Assembly: GCA_964016885.1 (NCBI GenBank)
Contig: OZ024740.1
Span: 120,156,001 to 120,220,000, forward strand
Source: Eledone cirrhosa
Taxonomy: Eukaryota
Reading direction: 5' to 3'
Length of the DNA stretch: 64,000 nt
In this document: positions 11,300-26,962 of the stretch, in pieces
Layout of the letters: the number at the start of each line of letters is the position of its first letter
Numbering within the stretch: position 1 is the first letter of the stretch
The notes under the pieces: generated by a model
What the model was told of the DNA's origin: nothing
The model's database searches: none
The model's input: only the letters and a program-made list of their open reading frames with translations
Translations under genes and position numbers: made by a program

Positions 11300-14247
11300 A
11301 GACATAGACATCTAGACTTTCTTAGGGCCCAACGCACTTACTTATTTATTTCACATTCCCCCGCCTCCACACACCACCATAGACTCACTGACCAATCAAA
11401 CCACAACATGCCTTCATCCATCACTTTTGGCAACAAATGCCATTACTAGTTATCTTTCTTAACCATTCTCTTCTCGAGAAATCTTTGATGTCGTTATCTA
11501 TGGATGAGCTGAAGATGATGAAGAACTTTGAATGAATTTGAACCCCAACATTTCCAGGTGACCATGCAAATCCTTAATTCAGATACAGAAAACATACACC
11601 CACCCCCTGCTCCACAAAAACTCACCTTCCCCCATTGAAATCAAACTCCTAAAATTCCGTATCAGCACCATCAATGTGAGCACAATGAAAGGAAGACCAG
11701 GAGAAATTATAGAGATATTAAAACGAAAGGAAATTGATGTATGTTGTGTGCAAGAGACTAGATGTTGAGGAGGGTCTGCTAGGCTCCTCGTTGGTAACAA
11801 AAAGTGCTACAAACTCTTCTGGGTGGGAAATGACAATGGGTTGGGTGGTGTAGGTATATTATTAGCTGACAAATGGATAGATAAAGTAATCTCAGTGAAC
11901 AGGGGAAACGTGAGAATCATTAAATTCAGACTAGACCTAAATAAAACAATAGCTACAATTATTTCTGCTTACGCACCCCAATCTGGGTTGCCAAACGAAC
12001 TTAAGGATAGGTTTTACGAGTCCCTTATGCACACTACCATTCTAAAAGAACAACAATGGCTTCCTACTCATTGCAGGGGACTTTAACAGACACGTCGGGA
12101 AACATAGTAATGGCTTCTGCAGAGTCTGTGGAGGCTACAGGTTTGGTGTAAGAAATGAAGAAGGTTACAGGCTTCTAGAAGTATGTGACGCCAATGACCT
12201 GTAACACAAACTTCAAAAGACCCACCAACTACCTGATTACCTATAGATCCGGGGAGCATACTAGCCAGATAGATTTTATCCTTACCAGATGACAAGATAG
12301 ATGGATGATTGTAAACACAAACGCCTTCCCAGGTGAAGAATGTACCTACCAACACAGCCTAGTAGTCAGCAACCTCATTGTCAGAACTAGAGGAACTTTG
12401 AAACAAAAGGCAACCTGGAGAAGAAAGATCAGGAAGCTGAAAGATCCCTCAGCCAGTAACAAATTTAGAGATATTTTACTTCATGCTTATGACAGTAAAG
12501 AAGAACAGATAGAGACATTCAATGTAGAAGAGCTCAGGGAGTTCCTAAAAAACTTACCTACTAAAAGCGACAGACGAGATTTGTGGTTGGGGAAAGACTA
12601 CAGGGAGAAGGAGAGTGACTTGGTGGTGGAACAATAAGGTAGTTGAAGCAATTAAGGTCAAGAGACAGGCTTGGAAAGAATGGAACAACAAGAGAAGCAG
12701 GGTACATTACATAGAAACCAGGTGGGAAGCTAGGCAACAAGTATACTTAGCTAGAATAGAAGCGGAGGATAAAAAATTCAAGTATGTTTTACAGCATGAT
12801 GACCAGAAACAGGAGGTGTTCAGGATTGTGAGACAGTGTGTTAGAGAAAATTGCGATGCCATCGGTGAGAAGTATGTTCAGGATGCCCTCACAGATGCTG
12901 AGAAGAAAGATGCGTAGAAGAGCTATTATGAAAGATTACTGAATGAAGAGAATGCATGGAAGAAAGAGACCCTGCCCCAGGCAGACCCCATTGAGGGCCC
13001 AGCAGTACAAGTCAGTAGCAATGTAGTTAGTAAGGCAATTAAGAATATGAAAACTGGGAAACCAGCCGGTCCATCAGAAATAGTTGCTGAGATGCTGAAA
13101 GCTTCTGGGTCAGTAGGATACACCATAATCACACATATTGTAAACCGAGTAATACTAGATGGCATCATACCAAATGAGTGTGCAGAAGCATCATTGTCAA
13201 TTGCTATAAGGATAAATGGGATGTACTAGATAGAGTTAACTATAGAGGTATAGAGGTAATGAAAGTAACAGAAAGAGTAATAGCACAGTTGATTAGGGAC
13301 AGGGTAAATCTAGATGAGATGCAGTTTGGATTTGTGCCAGGCAAAAGCACCACTGATACCCTCTTACTTGTGAAACAGTTACAGGAAAAGTATGTAGCTA
13401 AAAGTAAGCCTCTCTACCTACTATTTGTTGATCTGGAGAAAGCTTTCAACAGAATGTGGCATAATTTGGTGGGCTCTTAGAAACTAGGAGTAGATGAGTG
13501 GCTTGTGAAGGCTGTACAAGCCATGTATAGAGGAGCAGTCAGCAAAGTCAGGATTAACAATGACTATAGTGAGGAATTTCATGTACAAGTTGGCATGCAC
13601 CAGGGCTCTGTCCTTAGCCCACTCCAGTTTATTATCATTTTGCATGCTACAGCAGAGGCGTTTAAGACTGGCTGCCCATGAGAATTTCTGTACATGGATG
13701 ATCTTTCGCTCATAGATGAATCCATGGTGGAACTAGAGAAGAAATTCCAAACATAGAAGCAGGGCCTAGAAAGAAGGGGTCTTAAAGTCAACCTGACTAA
13801 GACTAAGGTGCTACCAAGTAGAAGAGAAGACAGAACCCAGATCCTCTCAGGGAAATGGCCTTGTCCAGTATGTAAGAAAGGCATTGGTCGAAATGTTATC
13901 CTCTGCCTCATATGCACAATGTGGGTATACAAGAGATGCAGTGGGATCTCAGGAAGTTTAGCTAAGAATGTAGGCTTTACATGTAGCAGTTGCACTGGAA
14001 CAGTAAGCAGCAAACGAATGCAGGAAACAAGTGCTACCAAATTCTGGGAGGGCTTGGTAGAAACAGAAGACAGCTTCTACTACTTAGGTGACCGAATTAG
14101 CAGTGGTTGTGGGTGATCTGAAAGTACAGTAGCCAGAGTAAGAATGGCTTGGAGGAAGTTCAGGGAGCTACTACCACTACTGGCTACAAAAGGCTTCTCC
14201 CTCAGAATGAAAGGCAGACTGTATGACGCATGCGTACAAACAGGCAA
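11300..14247 (+). mobile_element. Near full-length but disrupted RTE-clade LINE (APE endonuclease + RT + PHD-like finger), 3' truncated
   Basis: APE motifs (STINVSTMKG, DVCCVQETR, GVGILL, IISAYAPQ, IAGDFN, SQIDFIL), RT motifs (QFGFVPGKSTTD, FVDLEKAF, GMHQGSVLSP, YMDDL) and WPCPVC..C..C..C finger; many stops and frameshifts. Confidence 0.9.
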
Positions 14248-14314
14248 TCTTTTTAGTTTCCTTTTATGACACAAAGTGTTGTCATATGATGCGTATTATG
14301 TTTTATCATATAAT

Positions 14315-14522
14315 GGTTTCTTATATAGGCACAAGGACAGCAATTTGGGGGGAGGGGAAAATTGATTAAATTGACCCCAGTGCGTGACTGGTACTTTATT
14401 TCATCGACCCCGTAAGGATGAAAGGCAAAGTTAACCTTGGCAGGATTTGAACTCAGATCATAAAGAGCTGTAACTCTATGCTGCAAAGCATGGAGTCCTA
14501 CCCTCTACCGATTCTGCCAATA
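14315..14522 (-). mobile_element. tRNA-derived SINE family 1 (longer-tail variant)
   Basis: Shares the gaccccgtaaggatgaaaggcaaagttaacc core and B box. Confidence 0.85.
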
Positions 14523-15183
14523 ATATTGCATACTTTCATTCGTGAGAAGCTGCAATCTTTTAGGAGTTTGAAAAAATATATAATTTACTATTTAACTATT
14601 ATTAAATACATTTTTTATTGCAAGTTTAATATTTCAATTTACATTATGTTTATTACATCCACATTTTACTATATGTCACCATTACATGTGAAACAAGTAT
14701 TGTTAGAACAATCAAAATATCAGCAGGTAGAATGACATCATTATTTTTCTAATCAAACAAAAATAGCAAACTATCATTTTGGACTTGAAGAATGCATCAT
14801 TTTTACTTTTGGCTAAAACTTCAATTATTGATGAAGATTTTTTTCTCCTTTTTTCCCTTCCCATTTCAGTTATAAACCTGAAGAGAGAAGCCAAGTAAAG
14901 GTGAAAATACGAAGCTGCTACAACGAAAAGTGCTTGGAGCTTAGCCATAGCTTTTAGTTTTCGATGTGCCTATTGTTTTTAACCTCTGACTAGAGCTAGA
15001 AGGCCAACAACAAAAAAGTTTGTGTAGGTGTGTGTATGTGTGTGTGTATATATGTGTATATATATATATGAATGTATGTATACATGCAAAATATACTTAT
15101 GTGTTAAGGTGTATACAGAATCATGCAGTTTTCAGTCTCATTGCATAGATGTATGTGTGTAGTGCGTGTGTAAATGTGTATGA

Positions 15184-15216
<33 letters not shown>

Positions 15217-15450
15217 CAATGATAGAAAAAATTTGATTCTCTAAGTTTCCATGTCCACTCAGATTACTAAAATATATATAAATAAAGGAAGGAAAATGGA
15301 AAAAAATAAGGGTTATGAGCTGTTTGGCTTAACCTGGAGACATGCCAAATCATCAGTTCTTGGCTGAGGTCTTTGGATTTAGTTTGGGATACTTTGATGT
15401 ATTTCAGAAGAAACTAATTACATAAAGGCCTTCTTCCAATCAACATTAGC

Positions 15451-15507
<57 letters not shown>

Positions 15508-16399
15508 ATATATATATATGCATGCGTGTATATCGTGCTTTGTTTTTTTGTTTTTAAGTTCTTTGTATTTTGCACCAACACATTTATTTTTTCTGTTTAT
15601 GCTTTTGTTTATTTCATTAAACTTGCTTTTTGTTAGGAGTATGGCAACGACGCAGTTGAAACTTCAGGACTCATGACCCATAAGTCATAAGTTCTTCAGC
15701 TGCTGTAAGCATTGTATTGTCTTTTACTTTATCTCACCAAAAGATCGATAAAATGAAAGAAACTTATATTCACACCTATGCAACAAATTTGCTTCTTATA
15801 GGAAGTTTATTTAGTGTTTTAATAATCAGAGTCCTATTCTTATCATGAAAAGAAACACGAAATGAAGAACCGTGCTCAAGAACACAATGTGCTGCTTAGT
15901 CCTGGAATTGAATGCATGACCTTATAATCAATGCATGAACACTAGGCCACACACACTTTCACAACAAAAATACATACACTTGTGCTGGATGAAAAGGTTG
16001 ACCTAAAAAGCTGTAAGACACTATGTTATGAAAACAACAAATTCCATGAGAAAGCACTTGATGCTTCCACATAAAATTCCTAATTCTCAGTGAAATGGGA
16101 AAGGTTCATAACATTTCAATGTACCCCAAAGTATTGTGATAGAAGTATGTGGTTCCATTTAATATTCTTAAAGTAGACCCAGGACCTCTACAGGAGAAAA
16201 CCTAGGGTGAAGGTTAAAAGATTTAGTATAGCATTTATTCAAATATCATTGGATTGGGTGTAGAACAGGCAGTTGAAAGTATTATGTGTGGGTGAAGTTA
16301 GTGTATATATATATACACACAGTTACTTGGGTGTAATTTCGTATCAGCAGGGCATACAAAAAAACTGGTGGTTTTGTAGTTTTCATTGATAAAATATAA

Positions 16400-16900
16400 C
16401 AAATTTTATCTACAGTTTTTCATGACTAATGTTCAGTCTTGAATAAATCCATATGAAATTATATATGATATAAATGATATTGAATGGTAGTGAAAAATGA
16501 GCATTGAATGGGGAGGATGTGAAAAAAACTGGAAAGAAATAAGGTTAGCATCCTTCACTAGATGTGAAATGTTAGTGTGTTTAAATGAGGGAGTACGAAT
16601 GAGCTAAAAGAAAAAGTGGAATCAGAACTAATGTGCAAGAGAGATGTCTCATATGATACAGATAATGTAATTTGGAGGATGGCATATATGGAATATGGGC
16701 TGAGCAACCCAAGTGTAAAGAATCTGAAAAAGGTGATGATGAAAAAAGGAAATAGGAAGAAGTCACGAGTGTTGATCTCAGGAAACTGAACAATATAAAT
16801 GAAAGGAAAAACACTATAACAAATGGTGAGATGTTGTGCAGCAGAGGATGTATGTAACCAATGGAAGCTGGTGAAAACAGAAGAAAATGATGCTACTGAT
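16400..16900 (+). mobile_element. Highly decayed RTE C-terminal fragment
   Basis: Remnant NGSEK*ALNGEDVKKLERNKVSILH*M resembles HGSETWAL..EDLRRLERNEACMLRWM. Confidence 0.5.
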
Positions 16901-17139
16901 GGTATATTTAATAGTGATCATAATAGTTTAAGAAAGGGGTCATCAGATGGGCCAATAAGACAATCTTACATTCCGGAACCCTACTGATTGTAATGGATAC
17001 ATTTTAACAGCACTAGGGAGGTTGTCATGTCTTTGACATGACCTAAGAATCCTCATGGCTCTTTCTTTGGCATGTATTCTACAGTTGGATGCCCTTCCTA
17101 TGATCACTAATCACTTTAAAGCCCACATCCCTTTTTCTA

Positions 17140-17180
<41 letters not shown>

Positions 17181-20100
17181 GATGAGAAGAGAGATCAACA
17201 AAAGAAACATTAATTAAATAATAAAACTAAAATGTACAATTAATTATCTCCCCCTTCCATAAATGCTGTCACTAAGTAAAGTCTCTGCAAATACAAAAGT
17301 AATGAAGTAAAATTGAGAATTAAGGTTAATGAGTTTAAGACTACTTTATATGCTCTTGGCAGTTCATGTATGCATATATATATATATATATATATATATT
17401 CACACACATGTGTACATATTAGTGCTCACACAGATGTTTGCATTATAAGTAAGCATGCATTTGTGCACATGAGTTTGTAAGATCATGTGTTGCTCTCTCT
17501 GTATATAAGTAAGTAGGTATGCATGTGAGTAAAGGGAGAATGAAGTTTATGTAGCTTGCAAATTATGTTCTTGAAAAGCTAAGATTACTGATTCAAAATC
17601 CATTATGAGTGGGTATTCACTTCAGTTTGATAGCTGAAGTAGTTAGAATTGACCAAATGACTTCCATGCACTCAATCTAGCTTATGGGTTCTAATTACTG
17701 TGTTTAGTTATTTTTACAGATGAGTTATTTTACTATCCTTTCAGTATCGCTATCATTAACATCCAGCAATATAACCCTCATTTACTTTACTTGTATAATC
17801 TGAATAGTTCCTCCTAATAGCAACTCCATTATTGTTATTTCTTGATCTATTTCTATTTCCTTATATACATGTCATCCTCATGGTTATCACTATCATGTCA
17901 TCATCATGCAGCATCAGTTTAATATTCATCTTCCAATGGCGATATATTTGTATACATGCAAATTACTATAATTTTATATGTACCTTACTCTTGTTGGAAG
18001 TCCTGTTTTGGAAACCCAATCTTCTATTGCATATGCCAGAAGTTTTTCTCAAATGTAAATTGGACTTTTATCAGCATTTTGATCATCCATCATACATCAT
18101 CCATTCATTAAATTTTTTACACTGTTGTTATCTTTGCATACTTCAGAAGGAGATATTGCATGCATAGACATGAAATCCAAAAAGAATAATGAAATATATC
18201 TATTAGAGTAGGTATAGTTATCTGGCTCGAATTCACTTGGGTTTTAAGCTGGGTTTAACTCAAGTCTAAGGATCTAGGGCTGCACAACGTTAGCTAATTG
18301 TTTATTATTCCTTTGAATCTAATGAATGATTATTTTTATATCAATTGCTATTATCAAATGCAGAACATATTAATACTGTTATTCACCCCATCTAATGCCC
18401 AAAGTACTCCTTGTCAAATGTGTTCATCTCTGTAGTTAATCAGATACATATTTGCTATTTAAATGGTGACAAGATTCAGCTATAATTGAACTCATTCAAT
18501 AGACTGGATTTACTTAAATATTCTGCTGCATCATAGAGATAATGACTATAATGGATGGCTTCTTGAGCAAGTGTCTTTTATTATAGATTTTGGAAACCCC
18601 AAGCTTTGTAAATGAAAGCAAAGTTAATGGAAACTGTTTTGAAGACAATCAAATGAAACCTATCTGTAATTTAAATGGCCATGCTTCTCATCTGGAATCT
18701 CCTTTAGAATTGTCATAATTAATGGAGAGATACATCTATTTGTTTATAGAATTAATCAAATTAACCACTATAATAATAATGAAGTTGATAATACTGATAG
18801 CCTCTTATTCAGGATGATAGATAATAGGTTTCATACAGGATAGTTTAATATTATTACTTTCTTAAATATTTGATTGAGATAAGTAATGTAAGTGTATAAA
18901 ACAATGATAGGTGTAGAACGTCATCTAATTCATAGTACCATATTTTCTTATGTATAACACAAGACATTCGGAACTATGATTACATGAATACATATTTTCT
19001 GAAATTTTTACTGGGCTTAAAAATTCTCATTTCAAGTAGCAAGATTACAAATAAGTGCTGATAATTGTTTATAAATGGTTTTTGATATAGCACCATTTGT
19101 TATTTAGGACTCATTGTAAATGAACATCATTTATGTCAAAGACAGAAAATTCATAAAATAAATTAAGAAAAGGACTATATAAGATTAGTAAGCTTTTGAA
19201 ATGATACTTACATTTCATGAATTTTTTCCCCATCCTTGTTTTTTATACAAAAGACAGTATTGTTCAATTACATTTTTTTTCTGTAGCTTATTAATATATA
19301 TATATGTAAATAATTAAGTCATTTCAAACAGAAAAGTATGTTAGCTTAATCAACCCCTTTAAAGGGTTACTAGAAACAGAATGTAGGACAAGTCAACTTC
19401 TACATAAAATGTTAAACATCCAGTTATTTTACATTATTTAATGTCCTGAAAAACTGAATATAGTAGTGAAATGTGTGAGATGAAGAATTTGATGTATAAC
19501 ACAGTAGCAGTTTACAAGATAATTCACATAAGCATGACAGTACGTCAGAGTCATATTATACTCAAGTAATAATATACACACAATAATATGATGATAGTAG
19601 TAATCTGGAGAAACAGGAAAAAGAGATAATCCTTTATCTATATATGCATAGATTTACTGTAATTTTAGATGGAAGCAGTGGCATGTTATCTTTTTTTGCA
19701 TCTAGGGATTGAATCAGAGTTACAAGCTAGGCAAATCTATTCTCAATCATCTTTTAAAATGCCTGCAATAATAATAATAATTTCTAACAAAGACGAAAGG
19801 TAAGAAATTTGTAAGAAGTGAGTAGTCGATTAAATAAACACCAGTACATGAGTGATACTTGATTTTATTGAAAGATAAATAGCAATGTCGGGTTCAGCAG
19901 GATTTGAACTCAGATTAAGTGCAGAGAGACTGAATACACACTTCAAAGCATACCAGATGCACTAACGAATGAACTAATTCACTGACAATAATAAAAGCAA
20001 TTTCTTTTATTAGGTAAAAAGTCACTTTTTGTAAAATGGGGTTGGATATTTGATTAATGTTCTTACAGCTTATTACTGGTACTTATTCCATAATAATTAA

Positions 20101-21444
20101 AATTGAGCCTAATGACATTTCAATAGACTATGTGGACAAATGACTTTAAAGTCCCAAATGTATCCTACCATTTCTGCCATGTCTATTTACCTGTCATACT
20201 ATTAATATTGGTAACACTAACAATTACAATAACATAATTTTTTTTTTAATTAATCCTAAATCCTGAGAATGGGTGGGAGGTAAATGAAACTTTACGACAT
20301 TTTCCTACTCCTATGTCTCTTTATTACAACTGTAACTACTAACAGTAATAGTACAACAAAAACAGCAATACCATCAACAATAATGAATATATTATTTGTA
20401 GACAAAAGTTGTAACTATGAGCATATATGTGCATGTGTGTGTACAATATTTGGTGGTTTATTAGATGCTCCAATCTATTAGATGCATCCCAGATTCTAAA
20501 GTGACAAATGGAAAAAACTAATCAAGTGCTTAATATCAGGTAATATTTTACTCCAATGGAACCTAGCTTATTTTAGCTTGGAATCCAGATTAAACATGCT
20601 AAATTCATTACAAACCAAGATAGTTTACTTAACTTAAATCAAATACTCAAATAAATATCAAATAAACTAAATGTTGGATATAGAAATAAAGTTAAATTTG
20701 ATATATGGGTAGGAAAAACATAATAGGTATAGTGCTCACCTGCTGAACACCTTTATTGTAACTTGAAATTGTCACTTCAAATGTATAAATCCCGTTACTG
20801 GTATTCAATTTATAGGGTACAGTTTTTTAAAGACATTTTCTAGGAAATAAATGCATCTAATAAGATGTGGAATATTATGTATGCATGTGTGTATGTATGA
20901 ACATATGTACATAATGTATGTATATGCTAATTATCTTTAGTAGGACATTTCTGAAGATGTCATCCAAAAGTGTGGGTTATGGTGGAGTCTTGAAAATTAA
21001 TTGATTCCATTAGCAAGCGAACTAATGATTTACATACACTTTAGCATTTCAAAATATGGAAATATATTTTCATTAGTTCATCATTTATTTACATGAAAGA
21101 AAAGAAAATTCTTATATTACCATTTAAATGTGATTCATCAAAATATTGTTTGGAGTGTAAGTTCAACCCTTTCATTACGAATGAATGCATACACATACTT
21201 GCATACAAGGAATTAGTTCATCTTCTTTCGATATTTTTGATGCATAATCCATGATTGACAAACAGGTTGACGCAATCCTTATTTGGTGTTATGATTTAGG
21301 GCTGACTTTTACATGACATACATAGAAAATTCCAAATATTTTGGTAAAAATTAAGGGATTGACTTTTACACTATGTAAAATTCTTTTTGAAATTGCTTTT
21401 GCTTTCACGATTTAAAAAACATCATTGCTTTAGAATTTGAAAAC

Positions 21445-23473
21445 CATGGTCACCCGGATAGTTAACCAAGTCGTACAGAATGGGGTTGTTCCGAAGGACT
21501 GGCGTAGCAGCATCAGCGTTAACTGCTATAAGGGAAAAGGAGATGCCCTAGATAGGAGTAACTATAGAGGCATTAAATTAATCGACCAGGTCATGAAGGT
21601 CACGGAAAAAGTAATAGCGCAACTAATCAGAGAGAGAATTGATCTAGATGAAATGCAGTTCGGGTTTGTGTCAGGCAAAAGTACCACAGACGCTCTTTTC
21701 ATTGTACGACAACTACAGGAGAAGTACCTAGCTAAAAGTAAACCCCTATACTTAGCTTTTGTCGACTTGGAGAAAGCCTTCGACAGAGTCCCCCGTTCCA
21801 TTATCTGGTGGGCTCTTAGAAAACTAGGTGTTGACGAATGGCTTGTGAGAGCTATACAAGCCATGTATAAAGAAACAGTCAGTAAGGTTAGAATTAACAA
21901 CGAATATAGTGAAGAGTTTAGCGTAAAAGTTGGTGTCCATCAGGGCTCTGTTCTTAGCCCCTACTATTTATTATTGCCCTTCAGGCTATAACAGAGGAGT
22001 TCAAGACCGGCTGCGCATGGGAACACCTATACGCAGACGATCTAACGCTCATAGCTGAATCAATGACCGAACTAGAGAAGAAATTCCAAACATGGAAGCA
22101 CGGCCTAGAATCAAAAGGCCTTAAAGTTAACTTGTCTAAGACTAAAGTTCTAGTTTGTAGGAAGGAAAATAGGGCACCGGTCCCATCCGGGAAATGGCCA
22201 TGCTCAGTGTGTAGGAAAGGCGTAGGTAGAAACTCCATTTTATGTCCCCAATGCAAAGTATGGGTGCATAAAAGATGTAGTGGGATCACAGGTAAGCTAA
22301 CTAAGAACATAGATTTTACATGTGGCCGGTGCTCTGGTGCAATAAGTAGCAGCATGTGCCCACCAAATACTAGCTCTTTCAATTGCGCAGAGGGTTCTAT
22401 AGAAATAGTGGACAACTTCCATTACCTGGGTGACAAAATCAGCAGTTGGGGAGGGTGCTCTGAAAGTACAGTAGCTAGAGTCAGAACTGGATGGAAAAAA
22501 GTTCAGAGAGCTTATACCACTATTAGCCGCTAGAGGGTTCTCCCTAAAAATGAAAGGCAGGTTATACGATGCCTGCATACGAACAGCAATGCTGCATGGC
22601 AGTGAGACCTGGGCATTGTGTGCAGAGGATATATGTAGACTAGAGAGGAACGAAGCTTGCATGCTCCGCTGGATGTGCAATAGTAATATACGTGAACGGC
22701 TACGCATAAACGAACTAAGGAAGAAATTAGAAATAAGAGGGATCAGATGTTGTTTACTTGAGAGAAGTCTACGTTGGTACGGTCACGTGATGCGCATGAA
22801 AGACGATAGCTGTATAACAAAGTGCAGTGCAATAAAGATAGACGGTAGCCATGGAGTAGGCAGACCCAGAAAAACCTGGGACGACATGATAAATTCCGAC
22901 CTCACACGCTTACACCTCTCCAAGACAATGTCACTGGACCGAGACCTTTGGCGGTACTCAGTAATAGAGAAGACCCGCCTTACCTAAATACAAAGTAAAA
23001 ACCTACTACAGTCAGTAGGCATCTCTATCAAAACACACCCCCGTCCCACCACCTCCACCCCATCCACACCGCCCCTTTCAATGTAAAGTTATGTTGGTCC
23101 CACAACATCCAGGCCGAAACAAATGAGATCGTGTAGGTGTCACGACAAAAAAAACACACAGTCCACGCTGTAAATGTGGCCGTGTAGGCAACACGGTAAA
23201 AACCTCCCAGCCCCACACTGTAAATGTGGTTGGTGTTAGGAAGGGCATCCAGCTGTAGAAAACCCGCCAGACAGTCCACGCTGTAATGTGGCCGTGTAGG
23301 CAACACGGTAAAAATCTCCCAGCCCCACACTGTCAATGTGGTTGGTGTTAGGAAGGGCATCCAGATGTAGAAAACCCGCCAGACAGTCCTATGCGAGCAA
23401 GACAACCACTCTTGCCTCAATTGGGAAAACCCCCGTCCAAACTCATGCAAGCGTGGAACACGGACGCTAAACC

Positions 23474-23509
<36 letters not shown>
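21445..23509 (+). mobile_element. 5'-truncated RTE-clade LINE (RT, PHD-like finger, C-terminus, 3' UTR, (GAT)n tail)
   Basis: ORFs 21437-21991, 22063-22533 and 22550-22987 join through two frameshifts; LYADDL motif; RLRW-type RSLRWYGHVMRM and GRPRKTW; the 3' UTR has a ~120-bp internal duplication. Confidence 0.95.
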
Positions 23510-23730
23510 CTATATTATATAAATGTAAATGTAAATCTGATAAATAGGCCCAGGCAAGATGTAAAATGTAAGCTCTTACCACTCAGAAATTTGAAATAGG
23601 TTGAGGCTAGATGTAAAATGTAGGCTCCATTTTAAACCTCTTGTTAATTATTTTTATTTATTAATGCTAAATACATATGATTTATGTATGGATTACAGAA
23701 ATATGTATCATGCATATACAGTGAATATAT

Positions 23731-24770
23731 TGATGATGATCATTTAAAATCTATTTTCTATGCTAGCATGGGTTAGAGAGGTTGTCCTGTTTGAGACAAG
23801 TCGGGTCAGGTGACTATGCCTTGCTCATAAGAACTGTTTCTGGCTTGGTTTCTACGGCTGAATGCCCTTCCTAATGCCAACTACATTTACAGTATGTACT
23901 GAGTGTCCTTTGTCATGACACTTACACGACCACTTTACAGTGAGGGCTGGGTGATTTTTGTTGTGATACCAACACAACAACTTTACCGTGTAAGGGTGGT
24001 GGGATCAGATGTGTATGGGGTGTATAGAAGAGGGAAGAAGGATAGAGGTGCATACTAAATGTATGTTTCAGTCCATGAGCATGGACAGGCAGGTCTTGTC
24101 TATTACTACATAATGCCAAAGATCTCGATCTTGTGTCATCAACTTTGAGAGGTGTAATTGTGCAAGGTCGTAGTTTATCACTTCATTCCAGGTCTTCCTG
24201 GGTTTTCTTACTCCATAGCTTCCATCAACTTTGATCGCCCTGCACCTTTTTATACAGCTGTCATCCTTCATACACATCACATGGCCATACTAACGCAATC
24301 TCCTCTCTTACACATTGTATCTGATCCCTCTTATACCAAATTTCTCTCTCAGTTCATTTACGCTTTGCTGTTTGTGTATATTGCTATTACACATCTATCT
24401 GGTTTCATTTCTTCCTAATCTTTGCAGGCCCTCTGCACATAGTGCCCAGATCTCACTATCATGCAACATTGCTGTTTGTATGCATGTATCATACAGTCTG
24501 GCTTTCATTTTGAGGGAAAAGCCTTTTGTAGTTAGCAGTGGTAGGAGCTCACTGAGCTTCTTCCATCCTGTTCTCACTCTGGCTACTGTACTTTCAAAAT
24601 ATTCTCCTCCACTGCTGAATTGGTCACCCAGGTAATGGAACTGTCAACTATTTCTATAGAGCCATTTGAAGGAGCTTGTATTCTGTGGGTACTTGCTACT
24701 TACTGCATCTGTGCATTGGCCGTATATAAAACCTACATTCTTTGATAGCCTGCCTATGACCCTGTACGTA
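23731..24770 (-). mobile_element. Degenerate 5'-truncated RTE LINE, tail-to-tail with the previous copy
   Basis: ORFs 24395-24577 and 24068-24280 are homologous to the RTE C-terminus; 3' UTR motifs at 23731-23960. Confidence 0.85.
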
Positions 24771-24976
24771 TAAATAACAAAACTGAATTAAAGATCACAA
24801 ACTTGAAGTGAGTAGGCCCCCAGCTCTAAATAATAGTCACAATCTTCTAGCCTGACTGGATTATATGATATAATTCAGAATACAAGAAACTGGTATACAA
24901 GAAAGTGGTAAAACGAATTTAACTGCTAAATACTTGTTTGAAAATTATATACTAATATATACCAAATATCCACTTT

Positions 24977-25066
24977 GAAGAAGAAGAAGAAGAAGAAGAA
25001 GAAGAAGAAGAAGAAGAAGAAGAAGAAGAAGAAGAAGAAGAAGAAGAAGAAGAAGCAGCAGCAGCA
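24977..25066. repeat. (GAA)n(GCA)n microsatellite
   Basis: Direct observation. Confidence 0.95.
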
Positions 25067-26695
25067 CCCTATTACCAAAATGTAAGAAAGCTATGCAAAG
25101 TATAATGTTATAAATCTAATTTTGATATCACTATGAATCTAAGATTATTCCTGTGGTTTCTTATTCTCATCTTTTATATAAGAAGTCATGAACTGATAAA
25201 AGCATAAATTATGGGTATCTTTGGTATCCCCCTTCCTACTAAATTCCCTAAAAATGCACCTGATTCAAACTGTTTATTTTAAAGTAGTTTATATTTATCT
25301 AAAAATCTTCCATCATAATTTTATGTAAGAACTTTCATTAAGATATGATCTAAACAGCAGCTTAATAACAATAAGGTTAGTTGTATTACACATTACGTTA
25401 ATATTATACATTACGTTAGTTGTATTACACATTTTTCTAAATTCTTTATTATTTTCAAAATTATTTGAAAATCTTAGTCAGTGTCTTTTATCAAAAATAT
25501 AGTAATGAAAGGGTTGAACAGATATTTCTGATTTCATCAGTAATGAAATGTTGAACTCTAACTAAGGTTCTCAACACTTCAAACAAAAATTAAATGACAG
25601 ATAACAGTACTGAATTTTCTAGAAATCAGTGAATAGCTGAATGGTCTTGTAGTGATTACTTGACAGAGTACAATAGAAGAATAAAATGCATGGAGAAGGT
25701 GAAATGTAGAAGTGAGATCAAAGTATATAATGAACCAATTGTTATTAGCAGAGATATTATTGATAATTGTTCACCAGGTGGGGATTAAGAACAGGTCATA
25801 TTAGTTGTCTAGCTTTGTACAGACGTATAACAACACACACACACAGACGCATACACACGCGCACAAGTATAGCTCTTTATTTTCCATTTCAGGTAGACAC
25901 GCTCCATCATCCACTTTTCTAAAAAAATATATCATACACAAAACGCCAGCATCAACAGTTTTCCAAGAGATGGCAACATGACTGGACCTGTTATTTACTC
26001 TAAAAACATTTTTGATTAAGCAACACTGATTACTTGGAATAATTAATTATATATGTATATAACAATGAACTAACTACTAACCTACACCTGATTTCTGTTT
26101 TATTGTTTATCTATGCACAAACACACTCACACCCACATACATATATATGTTTAATTTTCTCAATTTGTTTATTCTAGTTTGATTTACTTATTGTTTACTA
26201 CTCTGTCTTTGTTTTCTATATGAAAGCACCCTGGCCAAGTGCTTCTGGCATGGTAATTTTTTCAATTTAAATCAATGCCAATGTCTATTCCCTGTAAATG
26301 GTCTGGCCTGGCGTATCTTTTCTTTGATGTGAAATTACATGTCACTAACATTTGAGGATTACTATTACTACAGTATGCCATATAGAACTTTCCATTACAG
26401 GGAGGTGAACTCCTGCTGACAACGTGGTTCCCCCACCAAATTACGTAATGCATAATAACATTACCTAATTTCTACAGATAGTGGCTCTACACGGACCACT
26501 GCCAAAAGAATGGAATAATAGAAACTGGTGCATTGGTCAAGGAATCTCAGTTTTCCTACCCACACTAACCAGTCTTCCTCATTGATTAACGTATATGTAC
26601 ACTAATTGGTTGGGTCCGAATTTTAATAATACAGACTTAATTAGATGATTGAGTGAGTGAGAAAATGACTTAGCTGGTCCATTTCATCTTTTAAT

Positions 26696-26697
<2 letters not shown>

Positions 26698-26772
<75 letters not shown>
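26698..26772. repeat. (GT)n microsatellite
   Basis: Direct observation. Confidence 0.95.
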
Positions 26773-26774
<2 letters not shown>

Positions 26775-26962
26775 ATATATATATAGGACGTCCATCCAAC
26801 TTCAATGCATGAGCCGCTGGAAGCTGACCCATGTTAGACATCACATCAACTCTCTGACATGCTTGGGGTGTCAAAAACAACCATGCTAAATCACTTACAT
26901 TACATACAATAGGGAAATAGAAATTTGAAAAACTTTGAGAACTTTGTGTCCAATCTAATATA

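Noticed and set aside
20740-20797. Possible small minus-strand exon ending CAG|gtgag (NGIYTFEVTISSYNKGVQQ)
   Set aside because: Weak acceptor, no Ig cysteine, and its end phase does not match the phase-1 exon at 1950
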